Shown: piece by piece, positions 10,253 to 20,504 of the stretch
Numbering within the stretch: the stretch's first letter is position 1
Layout: each line of letters begins with the position of its first letter
Origin: an uncultured delta proteobacterium
GTDB taxonomy: Bacteria > Desulfobacterota > Binatia > UBA9968
Direction: 5' to 3'
Assembly (NCBI GenBank): GCA_963804165.1
Contig: CAWDPO010000008.1
Location: forward strand, 1-64,000
Length of the DNA stretch: 64,000 nt
Notes under the pieces: model-generated
What the model saw: the letters and a program-made list of their open reading frames with translations, nothing else
What the model was told of the DNA's origin: nothing
Database searches by the model: none
Translations under genes and position numbers: made by a program

Positions 10253-11416
10253 ATGCGGATAGCTTACGGAGATCTCATCGGTGGGATCAGCGGCGACATG
10301 TTCGTGGCCGCGCTTCTCGATCTCGGCCTGTCGTTCAGAAAGCTCCAATCCGATTTAAAAAAAATCCCGACTCTCAAGTTCAAACTGAATGCAAGAAAGA
10401 AAACCGTCCATTCGATCCGCGCCACCCAATTTCAGGTCATCTGCACGAAAAACGAACCACCGCGATCGTGGAAACAAATCCGCGAGCTGATCAAGCGCAG
10501 CCAACTCGGTGTCGATATCAAAACCAGTGGCATCGAAATTTTTACTCGCTTGGCTGAAGCGGAAGCCAAGATCCACGGCGTGGCCCCCGACAAGGTTCAC
10601 TTCCACGAAGTCGGCGCCACGGATTCCATCGTCGATATTATGGCGGCGGCGATCGGTGTCCATGAACTCGGCATCGAATCTTTCAGTTTTTCACGGATTC
10701 CGTTGGGGCGCGGCATCACCCGTTCCATGCACGGCCCTCTCCCCGTGCCCGGTCCTGCTACCCTTGAACTTCTCAAGGGACTCCCGGTGTTCGGCATCGA
10801 TGTCGAAGCTGAAACGGTAACCCCCACCGGAGCCGCGATCATGCGCGCACTGGGAAAAACTTTCGGCGCTCAGCCGGGCATGTCCGTGGAAATCATCGGC
10901 TACGGCACCGGCCAGAAGGAATTTACCAACCGTCCGAACCTGTTTCGCCTAATTCTCGGCGAGTCAGATTTATCCTCTCAAACAGAAGAAATGATTGTGA
11001 TCGAAACCAACATCGACGACATGAACCCGCAGTTTTTCGACTACGTCATGGACCGTTTGTTCGCTGCCGGCGCGCGCGACGTTTTTCTGGCGCCGATTCA
11101 GATGAAAAAAAATCGCCCCGCAACCCTGCTTAGCGCCATCGCCGAGCCGCGCGATCGAGAAAAGCTTGCCAAAATTATTTTTCAAGAGACTTCGACCATC
11201 GGGATCCGCTGCTATCCCGTGACGCGGATGATCTTGAAACGAGCATCAACGAAGGTAAAAACTCGCTTTGGCGATGTGGCGGTCAAAATCGTTGAGTTGC
11301 CGGACGGAAGCAGGAGAGCGGCGCCGGAATACGACGATCTCAAACGCATCGCGACTGCAAAGAAGCTGCCCGTCAAACTGATCCACGATGAAGTCATGCG
11401 CGTCGCCGGCAAATAG
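10253..11416 (+). CDS. larC: Nickel-pincer cofactor nickel insertase LarC
   Basis: MRIAYGDLIGGISGDM, VHFHEVGATDSIVDI, HGPLPVPGPAT, ETNIDDMNP, MKKNRP. Confidence 0.93.
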   Translation: MRIAYGDLIGGISGDMFVAALLDLGLSFRKLQSDLKKIPTLKFKLNARKKTVHSIRATQFQVICTKNEPPRSWKQIRELIKRSQLGVDIKTSGIEIFTRLAEAEAKIHGVAPDKVHFHEVGATDSIVDIMAAAIGVHELGIESFSFSRIPLGRGITRSMHGPLPVPGPATLELLKGLPVFGIDVEAETVTPTGAAIMRALGKTFGAQPGMSVEIIGYGTGQKEFTNRPNLFRLILGESDLSSQTEEMIVIETNIDDMNPQFFDYVMDRLFAAGARDVFLAPIQMKKNRPATLLSAIAEPRDREKLAKIIFQETSTIGIRCYPVTRMILKRASTKVKTRFGDVAVKIVELPDGSRRAAPEYDDLKRIATAKKLPVKLIHDEVMRVAGK

Positions 11417-11437
11417 CGTCTCCTAGACCAATCAAAA

Positions 11438-12715
11438 ATGTCCGACGATCCTGCCGGCAACGACAAGATGCACGCGCCGCTTAAACCCTGGGCGTCGCTT
11501 CTTTATCGGGACTATAGTTTTTTATTTTTGCTGTCGCTCTTCGCCACCACGGCGCAGCAGATGCGGCTGACGCAAAATCTCTATCAGGTCTACGAACTGT
11601 CCGGATCAGCGTTTCTATTGGGGCTTACCGGTCTGGCTCAGGGAGTGCCGATATTTGCCCTAGGATTATTTGGCGGCATATTGGCGGATTTCCTCGATCG
11701 CAAAACAATACTCCTGATCACGATCTTCGGCAATCTCCTCGTTGCCATCACGCTCGGGATCTTGACGCTCGCTCAAGTAATTCAGGTCTGGCATATCCTG
11801 GCCGGCACGGCGCTCACTTCAGCGCTCAACATCGTCCTAAATCCAACAAGAATGGCGCTCATATCGCATCTCGTGCCGCGTTCGCATTTGACCAACGCCG
11901 TGGCGCTGAACTCCAGCGTATCTCAAGGATCCCATTTCATCGGACCTATGTTGGGAGGTCTGAGCCTGGCGTGGATGAGTACGGGCAACGCCTACCTGTT
12001 CAATGCGTTGTTCTACTTCCCCGCCACCCTCGCCGTCGTGCTGCTCAGAACTCCCGCATTCGACAAGTTGTCGAGAGAGATATTTACCTCGGCGAGTTTT
12101 TTAGGCGGCGTCAAATTTCTTTTCTCCGAGCCGATTATTCTCACTCTGGTGTTGCTCGATTTCATCGTCGTCGGCTTCGGTTATTACCGGCCGCTGCTGC
12201 CGATCTTTGCCAAAGACATTCTTTTTGTTGGCCCCGCCGGCTTCGGGATGCTCTCATCCGCTCCAGCGATCGGCGGCGTTATCGGCACTGCCACGCTCCT
12301 GACGATCGGCGATGTGAAACGCAAAGGGCTTCTCGCTCTGTGCTCTTTTCTCACCTATGCGTTGGCACTTGGCGTTTTCGCGCTCTCAACAAGCTTCTGG
12401 ATGTCGCTCCTCTTACTCGGTGTCATGGGACTGACCAATTCCCTTCAGGCTGTCATGCGCCAAACCAGTTTTCATCTTTTGACCCCTGATCACGTGCGCG
12501 GCCGCGCCTTCTCAGTTTTTAATATGTTCTCTCAAGGCGCAAATTCTGTCGGCGCCACCGAGGTCGGATTCATGGCCGCGCTGCTCGGTGCGCCGGGCTC
12601 GCTCCTGTTCGGCTGCGCCGTCGGTGCGGGACTGACATTGGGGTGTTGGGTGTCAATACCGGGGTTACGAAAATTTGGCGAAGATGGAGTAGCAGCGTTC
12701 AAGCGAACACGCTAA
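11438..12715 (+). CDS. MFS transporter (EntS/MFS_3-like)
   Basis: About 12 hydrophobic segments; GILADFLDRK motif A. Confidence 0.88.
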   Translation: MSDDPAGNDKMHAPLKPWASLLYRDYSFLFLLSLFATTAQQMRLTQNLYQVYELSGSAFLLGLTGLAQGVPIFALGLFGGILADFLDRKTILLITIFGNLLVAITLGILTLAQVIQVWHILAGTALTSALNIVLNPTRMALISHLVPRSHLTNAVALNSSVSQGSHFIGPMLGGLSLAWMSTGNAYLFNALFYFPATLAVVLLRTPAFDKLSREIFTSASFLGGVKFLFSEPIILTLVLLDFIVVGFGYYRPLLPIFAKDILFVGPAGFGMLSSAPAIGGVIGTATLLTIGDVKRKGLLALCSFLTYALALGVFALSTSFWMSLLLLGVMGLTNSLQAVMRQTSFHLLTPDHVRGRAFSVFNMFSQGANSVGATEVGFMAALLGAPGSLLFGCAVGAGLTLGCWVSIPGLRKFGEDGVAAFKRTR

Positions 12716-12760
12716 TCGATAGCGGGTGGACTAACCTGCACTTACCAACCGATCCCCCGG

Positions 12761-13768
12761 TTACGCAATGTGGAGAACTGTCTTTTTCGTCTTTCCGTTT
12801 AACCGCTCAATCCTTCGCCACCCACTCTTATCGTTCATCGTGATCCACCGCCGCTCTTCCACACGGTAAAACCAGTCTTGGTCTTGCTGATAGTAAATCT
12901 GTACGTCTGCGGATTCCCAAATATTAAGAATTTCGTTGCTGTGTTGCCTATTCTCATCGAAGTCCGTTGTCGCCTTTTGTCCCATCTCGCTGTAATACTC
13001 GTTGAGTTCGAGAAGGAGTGGGTTTTATCTGGGTGTCTAAGTGCCTGACCGGCATTTTTATTTTACGCGCCTCGTCATACAGTATCGGATAACTATGAGA
13101 CGGGTATTTGGAGTTCAGCCTGGTAGCTATCTCGTTTCGCACTGTTTCATCACCAACGTGAAACGCGAGCAACTCTCGACAAAGCATGATTGAGAGTGAT
13201 TCCGCTCGGTCCACTGCTCCGATGACCAACGGGTGAACGAATTGAAACAGTGTCTTGTAGGGATTTTCCTTCTGGTCGGAAACCTGAGCTTGCCAGAGCC
13301 TGATCGCTCGGTTCAGCTCATCCAGGCTTACGCTTACCCGACTATTGTCCCGATCGATCGGAGACAAATCATGCGTGAGGGAAGTATCCACCGCCGTCAG
13401 GTATGCCATTGGCCCCATCCGAATCTCATTGGCCCCCAACGCAATCATGGTTGCGGCCGAAGCGCATTCTAACGGCACCAAGGCTACCAGACGATCGCAG
13501 TGTTGGCGGAGCAGACTGACGAGTCGGAGGGCGGCACGTCCATCTCCTCCGTGAGATTTGATAAATAGATATACCGTATCGTGCTTGCCCAGTTTTTCGA
13601 GCAATTCGTACAGCGCCAACAATCGTTGTGGCAAACGGACCCTTGCGGATTATTCCAGTAGGTAATCAGCGTTCCTCCGAGGAGCGCGGTAATCTGCGAG
13701 ACAAGCGCCTGCGTTTTCTCGAATAAGACCGGAGGTTGCTTGATTTTTGGAAGTGTTTCTTCCGCCAC
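12761..13768 (-). CDS. ClpP/SDH_sah-like serine protease, split by two frameshifts (~13620, ~13025)
   Basis: Three consecutive ORF pieces; FIKSHGGD, ASAATMIALGANEIRMGP, YPSHSYPI. Confidence 0.72.
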
Positions 13769-13812
13769 TTTTCACTTCTCCTCTTTTGAAAGAGCCAGTT
13801 GAGAAATCAACG

Positions 13813-14814
13813 CTATTGCAATCGCAAGTCCTTCTGCACTTCTCTCAACAACGTCAAATCCCGCACCTGCGAAAGCGGAATCGGCTTATCCGTTCGCACC
13901 GTGGCTTTGCGTGACTCGATGGCGAACTCGAAGGTCTTGTCGACGGTGCCGCCGTCCGGACTGAACGACGGAAGAATCGAGTCGTAGGAATCCCTGGCCA
14001 CATCGGCAGTTTGGTTCAACCATCTTGTCATGATCGGGATCACGTCCTCCTTGCGCTCATGCATGAAACGAAGACCGCGCAGAATCGCCCGCAGAGCTCT
14101 CTTAGTCTCGTCGCGGTTACTTTTGAGGCGCGCATCGGTCACCGCAAAGGCGGAAATCGGACTGCCGACCTTCAAATCCTTCGGTCCGCCGAGAACATTG
14201 AAACCCTCCCGTGTAAGCCGGATGGGGCCCGGCGGCGCGACACAGATCGCGTCCACCAGCCCTTTTTTCAACATTTCCACACGCACCGGCTCGTCGGCGC
14301 CAAGGGTCACGAACTGAACCTCTTTCAAATCGAGTCCTTTGGCTTGAAGAATCGCTTCCGCGGCGAGATGGTCCGAGCCGCCGATTCGCTGCGTGCCGAC
14401 GCGTTTGCCGCGGAGGTCAGTAATCGTCTTAATTTCCGGACGAGCAACGATATTGTGCAGCGGTTTATCGGTTAACACCGCGAGAATTTTAAATGGCATC
14501 CCCTGCATCGCGCCGCCGATGAGATTACCGAAGCTCAACGTATAGTTCACCTCGCCGCTTATGAGCGCCGGCACGGTAACCTGGCTGCGCATCTGAATCA
14601 GCAGTGGTTCGAGATTCTCGTCCTTAAAAAATCCCTTAGCTGCCGCGATTTGAGCCGGCAGGAACGCATAAGTCCGGCTGCTGTACGAAATGATGACCTT
14701 GTCGGCGGCATGAGCCTGCATGGCCGCGTGCAAACAGCAAAGCAAGGCCATTATTCCGACCAAGCATTGAGATTTAACAGCGATCTGACCGCCTCGCGAA
14801 AATCGATCAATCAT
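13813..14814 (-). CDS. SsuA/THI5-like solute-binding protein
   Basis: Signal peptide; KGFFKDENL and DLRGKRVG; 9 bp downstream of bioD. Confidence 0.85.
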   Translation of the reverse strand: MIDRFSRGGQIAVKSQCLVGIMALLCCLHAAMQAHAADKVIISYSSRTYAFLPAQIAAAKGFFKDENLEPLLIQMRSQVTVPALISGEVNYTLSFGNLIGGAMQGMPFKILAVLTDKPLHNIVARPEIKTITDLRGKRVGTQRIGGSDHLAAEAILQAKGLDLKEVQFVTLGADEPVRVEMLKKGLVDAICVAPPGPIRLTREGFNVLGGPKDLKVGSPISAFAVTDARLKSNRDETKRALRAILRGLRFMHERKEDVIPIMTRWLNQTADVARDSYDSILPSFSPDGGTVDKTFEFAIESRKATVRTDKPIPLSQVRDLTLLREVQKDLRLQ

Positions 14815-14823
14815 GATGGCTTC

Positions 14824-15540
14824 TCATCGCCCAAAAAGAATCGGTTCGATCAAGCGAAAGTTGAATTCTTTCTCAAGCAGATCGACCGGCAGCTGCCTTT
14901 CCGTCTCCGCCGTCGCCACGAACGGCAATTCGCCGAGACAGGGAATTCCTGTGAGGTTGGCCAACACCTCTCGGTTGGTCTCCGCCGCAAGCGAGGTTTC
15001 GTTTGAAATACAATTCAGCACGTATCCCAGAACGCTCAGGCCCTTGCAACTGGCGTGCTCCAATGTGAGCAACAAATGATTGATAGCGCCGAGCTTGTTC
15101 GCGGCAACGACTAAGATCGGCAATTTCAGGACAGCCGCGAAATCGGCATACGTGTAACTGGGCAGAAGCGGTACCATCAGACCGCCGGCGCCCTCAACCA
15201 GCGTGACGTCATACTTCGAACTGATCTCGTGATGGAGCTCGCGCAGATGATCGACATCGATTCTCACGCCGGCTCTCTCCGCGGCAATGCTCGGCGCCAA
15301 CGGCTCGGGCAATCGATAGGGGCAGATTTTCTCAATGGGCTCGGCGCACGCCGACGCTTCTTTGAGCCGTTCGGCGTCTTGCGCCACCCATTGTCCGTCT
15401 CTTTCTACACAGCCGGTCTCCGCCGGTTTCATGACCCCGACGCGATAGCCGAGATCGCGCAGCAGAACTGCCAGCCCGGCTGTCACCAAAGTCTTGCCCA
15501 CACCGGTGTCGGTTCCGGTGATAAAAATTCCGCCGCCCAT
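14824..15540 (-). CDS. bioD: Dethiobiotin synthase
   Basis: FITGTDTGVGKT, VEGAGG, LGAINH. Confidence 0.96.
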   Translation of the reverse strand: MGGGIFITGTDTGVGKTLVTAGLAVLLRDLGYRVGVMKPAETGCVERDGQWVAQDAERLKEASACAEPIEKICPYRLPEPLAPSIAAERAGVRIDVDHLRELHHEISSKYDVTLVEGAGGLMVPLLPSYTYADFAAVLKLPILVVAANKLGAINHLLLTLEHASCKGLSVLGYVLNCISNETSLAAETNREVLANLTGIPCLGELPFVATAETERQLPVDLLEKEFNFRLIEPILFGR

Positions 15541-16900
15541 CTAATTTCCCGTCACCACGTCAATGCAGTCATACACGACATCGAGCAGGGACGTGAGCTC
15601 GTCGTCGCTCATCGACAAAGGCGGCATCAAGATCACGACATCGCCTAAAGGTCGGATCATCACACTGCGCTTGCGCGCTTCGAGAATGACCTTGTAACCG
15701 ATTCTTTGTTCCGGCGCGTAGCTCCTGCGGCTCCCTTTGTCTTGCGCCAGTTCGATGCCGATCATGTACCCCCACTGGCGCCCATCGCTGACATGGGGCG
15801 AGGCGAAGAAATTCCTCATTGAGACGCTTGTGCAAATACGCGATCCGCGACTGCATGTTTTCGATCGTGTTTTCTTTCGCGAATACTTCCAAGTTTGCCA
15901 GCGCAACGGCGCAGCCGAGCGGATTGCCCGTGTAGGTATGACCGTGAAAAAAAGTTTTGAATTCTTTGTATTCGCCTAAAAACGTCGAAAATATTTCTTC
16001 AGTCGTCAGTGTCGCCGCCAAAGGCAGATAGCCGCCGGTGATCCCTTTCGCCAAACAGAAAATATCCGGAGTCACGCCCGCGTGCTCACAGGCAAACATC
16101 TTTCCGGTGCGGCCGAAACCGGTGGCGACTTCGTCAAGAATGAAAAGAATGCCGTTGCGACGGCAAATATCGCTCAATGCCTGAAGATAGCCCACCGGGT
16201 GCGACCACATGCCCGCCGCGCCTTGCATGAGCGGCTCCATGACTAAAGCGGCCAAGGTGTTTTGATTGGCAGTCAGTTGGTCTTCCGCTTGTTTGATCGC
16301 TGCATTGAGTGCATCGGCCTCACTCATCCGCTGGTGATAACGAAAGACGTGCGGCGGTGTGATCCGCAGCACGGGGAAAAGCAAGCTTTTGTAAAAACGG
16401 TGAAACGTTTCAGAATATCCCATGCTCATCGAGCCCACGGTGTCGCCATGATAGGATTCCGCTAGCGACGCGATTTGCGTGCGCTTGCTTTCTCCCTTGA
16501 GCTGCCAGTATTGCACCGCCATCTTCATGGCGATCTCCACTGCCGTAGCGCCGCTGTCGGAGTAGAAAACCCGCTGTAAACCCTTGGGCACGATGCCGAC
16601 CAATTTTTCCGCAAGCTGAATTCCCGGCACATGGCTTAGACCGAGAAAAGTCGAATGGGAAATGCGCTCGAGCTGGGCACGGAGCGCGTCATCGAGCTCT
16701 TTTTTGCGATGGCCGTGAACATTGCACCAAAGCGAGGACACGCCATCCAAATACTTCCGGCCTTGAACATCGATCAGGAAATTGCCGTCGGCGCGGCTGA
16801 TGATGCAGGGCTCCTCTTCCATCCAGTCGCGCATCTGGGTGAAGGGATGCCAAAGATAAGTATGATCGAGTTGTTTCAGTCTATCGTGATAGGTGGTCAT
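15541..16900 (-). CDS. bioA: Adenosylmethionine-8-amino-7-oxononanoate aminotransferase (frameshift near 15795)
   Basis: [39 protein letters not shown]; C-terminus ([14 protein letters not shown]) in ORF 15541..15906. Confidence 0.93.
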
Positions 16901-18060
16901 GATTGCTGCTTGACTTCCTTGAAGGCATCGAGGGCAATTTGAATATGTTCAGGCGTATGTGTCGCCATCAGCGTGATGCGCAGACGGGACGTGCCTGACG
17001 GCACCGTCGGCGGGCGGATTCCCTGGGCGAAAACTCCTCGCTCTAACAGTTGTTCGGAAAATTGCATGCACTTATCGGCGTCGCCGATGATCAGCGGCAA
17101 TATCGGACTTTGGATTTCGCCCATCGAAAAACCCATTTTTTTCAGTCCGTCCGAAAGCAAGCGACAGTTATTCCATAAAGCCTCGCGCCGCCCCGGTTCG
17201 CGCTCGACCAAATCGATTGCCGCCATTGCCATCGCCATGATCGCCGGCGGCAGCGCAGTCGTGAAAATGAAACTGCGGCAGCGGTTGATCAGCAGATCGC
17301 GCAACTCTTGGCTGCCGGCGACGTAGGCGCCGAATCCGCCGAGCGCCTTACCCAACGTGCCCATCTGCACCAAAACTCGGTCGACCAGCCCCAGCTTGCT
17401 CACAACGCCCGCGCCGCCGGGACCGAAAATCCCGGTCGCGTGCGCTTCATCGACCATCACCGCAGCGTCGTATTTTTCAGCGAGCTCGACGATCCCCGAC
17501 AACGGAGCTTCGTCGCCATCCATGCTGAAGATGGTTTCCGTCACAATCAGCTTACGTCGAGAGCCGCCAGTCTGTTTGAGCGCCTCTTCCAGTCGATCAA
17601 GATTGCAATGCCCATAAACGATCGTTTTCGCGCGCGACAAGCGGCAGCCGTCGATGATGCTAGCGTGATTGAGCTCATCGCTGAGGATCGCGTCTCCTTC
17701 GCCCGCCAGCGTCGAGAGAATTCCCGTGTTGGCCTGGAATCCGGAGTTGAACACCAGTGCCGCTTCGGTGCTTTTGAATTCGGCGAGCCGATTTTCCAAC
17801 TCTTCGTGGAGTGTCATGTTGCCCGAGATCAGGCGAGAGGCACCCGAGCCGCAACCGTAGCGATCGATAGCCTCTTTCGCGGCTGTTGCCAAGGCAGGAT
17901 GATTGGCGATCCCCAAATAATTATTCGATGAAAAATTAATCACCCCGCGACCGTCGAGCAGCAGTGTCGGCCCCTGCTCGTTTTCCACCCGCCGCAAGCG
18001 TCGATAGAGCCCTGCGTTCCGGATTTCTTTCAGCTCGTCTTGGATGCTACCCGCAGTCAT
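16897..18060 (-). CDS. bioF: 8-amino-7-oxononanoate synthase
   Basis: [41 protein letters not shown]. Confidence 0.95.
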   Translation of the reverse strand: MTAGSIQDELKEIRNAGLYRRLRRVENEQGPTLLLDGRGVINFSSNNYLGIANHPALATAAKEAIDRYGCGSGASRLISGNMTLHEELENRLAEFKSTEAALVFNSGFQANTGILSTLAGEGDAILSDELNHASIIDGCRLSRAKTIVYGHCNLDRLEEALKQTGGSRRKLIVTETIFSMDGDEAPLSGIVELAEKYDAAVMVDEAHATGIFGPGGAGVVSKLGLVDRVLVQMGTLGKALGGFGAYVAGSQELRDLLINRCRSFIFTTALPPAIMAMAMAAIDLVEREPGRREALWNNCRLLSDGLKKMGFSMGEIQSPILPLIIGDADKCMQFSEQLLERGVFAQGIRPPTVPSGTSRLRITLMATHTPEHIQIALDAFKEVKQQS

Positions 18061-18156
18061 TGCTTGAATTAGATAATATACGCCCCACGGCATCGCAACA
18101 CGATCGCCTCAGAGCCGCAATGACCCCATCGAGTTTCTAATTGTGATGAATTGCGC

Positions 18157-18804
18157 TCAAGCGGCTACCAAACCACGCAGCTTGCGCTGGACAAGTTTCA
18201 TTTCGCTCACGAAGTGACGGTACTCTACTTCTCGTTCAGCTTTTTCACGCCGCCGAAGGATCGATGAAGGATGGATGGTGACGAAAATTGGCTCACCGTG
18301 ATGTCCGTCATAAAATTTACCCCGTTCTTGCGCGATACGGACAAGCCGGCCAAGAACTGATTGGGCGGCCGTGCCACCCAGGCACACGACCACTTTGGGC
18401 CGAATGATCTGAAACTCCGCCTGTAGCCATGGCTTGCAAGCCTCGACCTGTCTAATTAGCGGTTTTTGGTGCAGCCGCCTCTTGCCGCGCTGGATCCATC
18501 GAAAATGCTTTACGGCGTTGGTGATGTAAACTTCGTCGCGCTCGATGCGCGCTTCGGCGAGTGCTTTGTCGAGCAGACGACCCGCGGGTCCGATGAACGG
18601 CCGACCTTGGCGATCTTCCATATCGCCCGGCTGTTCACCGACAAGTACGATGCTCGCGTCCTTTGCCCCCTCGCCAAACACCGTCTGCGTGGCCTTCTTG
18701 TACAGATCACATCCTTCGCAGGAGGACGCCGATGCGCGCAGGTTCTCGAGGGTGCGCCGTTTTGGCAAAAACTCTGCAGCCGATCGCTTTTCTTTCGCTG
18801 CCAC
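18157..18804 (-). CDS. udgX: UdgX-family uracil-DNA glycosylase/binding protein
   Basis: CxxC, VGEQPG, R-loop KHFRWIQRGKRRLHQKP, TIHPSSILR. Confidence 0.88.
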   Translation of the reverse strand: MAAKEKRSAAEFLPKRRTLENLRASASSCEGCDLYKKATQTVFGEGAKDASIVLVGEQPGDMEDRQGRPFIGPAGRLLDKALAEARIERDEVYITNAVKHFRWIQRGKRRLHQKPLIRQVEACKPWLQAEFQIIRPKVVVCLGGTAAQSVLGRLVRIAQERGKFYDGHHGEPIFVTIHPSSILRRREKAEREVEYRHFVSEMKLVQRKLRGLVAA

Positions 18805-18981
18805 TCATTCATAACTAACACTCTCGCTGCAGAGCGGCTAGACAGGCTACAAAGTTCATACAAAACTTTATAAATTCACCAAGAATCACCGATCGCGCTT
18901 GCCAGTTCGAATCGGACTTGGTTAAAGTGTTGAGAATTTGCTGTGCCTTTCCAATCGATAAACACACATAGATAAATTCAA

Positions 18982-20343
18982 ATGGCTAAAGCTAGAACCA
19001 TTTTCGCATGCCAAAACTGCGGCTATCAATCGCCCAAATGGCTCGGCAAGTGTCCCGATTGCAATCAGTGGAACACCTTCGCCGAGGAACGCTTCGAGAA
19101 AGCATCGACACCCCGCGGCGAACTAAGCCTCGGGACGAAAGAAGACCCGGCGCCGATTCACGAAATCGACACATCCGAGGAAGGCCGCGTCCTCTCGGGC
19201 ATCGGCGAGTTCGACCGGGTGCTCGGCGGCGGCCTCGTGCCCGGCTCCGTGATTCTCATCGGCGGCGACCCCGGCATCGGCAAATCGACGTTGCTCCTTC
19301 AAGCTTTCGCCGCCGTGAGTCAAAAAGGACTGACCTGCCTTTACGTCTCGGGTGAGGAATCTCCTCGGCAGATTAAGATGCGCGCGGAACGTCTCGGCAT
19401 CGAGGCACCGAACTTGCTCGTATTAAGTGAAACCTCGCTCGAGCGAATTCTCGACCACGTGAAGAAAATCAAACCTGGATTGTTGGTGATCGATTCCGTG
19501 CAAACAATTTTCTCTTCAGCGATTCCCTCAGCACCCGGCAGCATCGCCCAAGTCCGAGAAGCTTCTGGTGCCATCATTGTCCTCGCAAAAAAGACTGGGC
19601 TGACAACTTTTCTAATCGGTCACGTGACCAAAGACGGCGCCATCGCCGGGCCGCGTTTGCTCGAACATATGGTCGACACGGTGCTCTATTTCGAAGGGGA
19701 GCGCGGCCATAGTTTTCGCATCCTCCGCGCTGTGAAAAACCGCTTCGGCTCGACCAACGAAATCGGCGTTTTTGAAATGAAGGAAGCGGGTTTAAGAGAG
19801 GTCACCAATCCGTCGGAAATTTTTCTCATGGAACGGCCGCTGCAAGTTCCCGGCTCCGCGGTTGTCTGTAGCATGGAAGGGACCCGGCCCATCCTGGTGG
19901 AATTGCAGGCGCTGGTTAGCCGGTCATTCCTGGCCGTGCCGCGGCGAACGACCATCGGCGTCGATCACAATCGCGTCGCGTTACTCGTCGCCGTCCTGGA
20001 AAAGAAAATGGGCGCGAAACTCTTCGATCAGGATATCTTCGTCAATGTCGCCGGCGGCGTCCAGGTCGACGAACCGGCGGTCGATCTCGGCATCGTCGCC
20101 GCGATCGGATCGAGCAGTCGAGAGATCGCGCTCGATCCCAAAACGGTATTCTTCGGCGAAGTCGGACTGGCCGGAGAAATTCGCGGCATCTCACAAGCAG
20201 AAGCGCGCGTCAAAGAAGCCGGCAAACTCGGCTTCGAGCGCTGCGTTCTACCGTCCAGTAACGTCGCGCAATTGAAACACGTCGATTATCCTCAGCTCTT
20301 GGGCGTAGGCTCGCTGGGCGAATGTTGGAAGTTGCTGTTTTGA
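18982..20343 (+). CDS. radA: DNA repair protein RadA/Sms
   Basis: Zn finger CQNCG..KCPDC, GGDPGIGKST, KNRFG. Confidence 0.97.
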   Translation: MAKARTIFACQNCGYQSPKWLGKCPDCNQWNTFAEERFEKASTPRGELSLGTKEDPAPIHEIDTSEEGRVLSGIGEFDRVLGGGLVPGSVILIGGDPGIGKSTLLLQAFAAVSQKGLTCLYVSGEESPRQIKMRAERLGIEAPNLLVLSETSLERILDHVKKIKPGLLVIDSVQTIFSSAIPSAPGSIAQVREASGAIIVLAKKTGLTTFLIGHVTKDGAIAGPRLLEHMVDTVLYFEGERGHSFRILRAVKNRFGSTNEIGVFEMKEAGLREVTNPSEIFLMERPLQVPGSAVVCSMEGTRPILVELQALVSRSFLAVPRRTTIGVDHNRVALLVAVLEKKMGAKLFDQDIFVNVAGGVQVDEPAVDLGIVAAIGSSSREIALDPKTVFFGEVGLAGEIRGISQAEARVKEAGKLGFERCVLPSSNVAQLKHVDYPQLLGVGSLGECWKLLF

Positions 20344-20345
20344 GC

Positions 20346-20474
20346 GGTTCAAAGTTCAGCGTTCAAGGTTCAAAGTGCGCGCCTCGCGCATCCTGAGCTC
20401 TCGGCGAAGGATCTGTTATGGCGGAAAATCCTTCATCTCGTTCGGGACCGACATTGAACCTTGAACTTTGAACG
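20346..20474. repeat. REP-like intergenic element: GTTCAA heptamer array, CATCCTGAGC...GAAGGATC core, inverted TTGAAC array
   Basis: ggttcaaagttcagcgttcaaggttcaaag ... ttgaaccttgaactttgaac. Confidence 0.6.
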
Positions 20475-20504
20475 ATTAGCATCAAGCGAAGAGGTGATTT
20501 TGCA

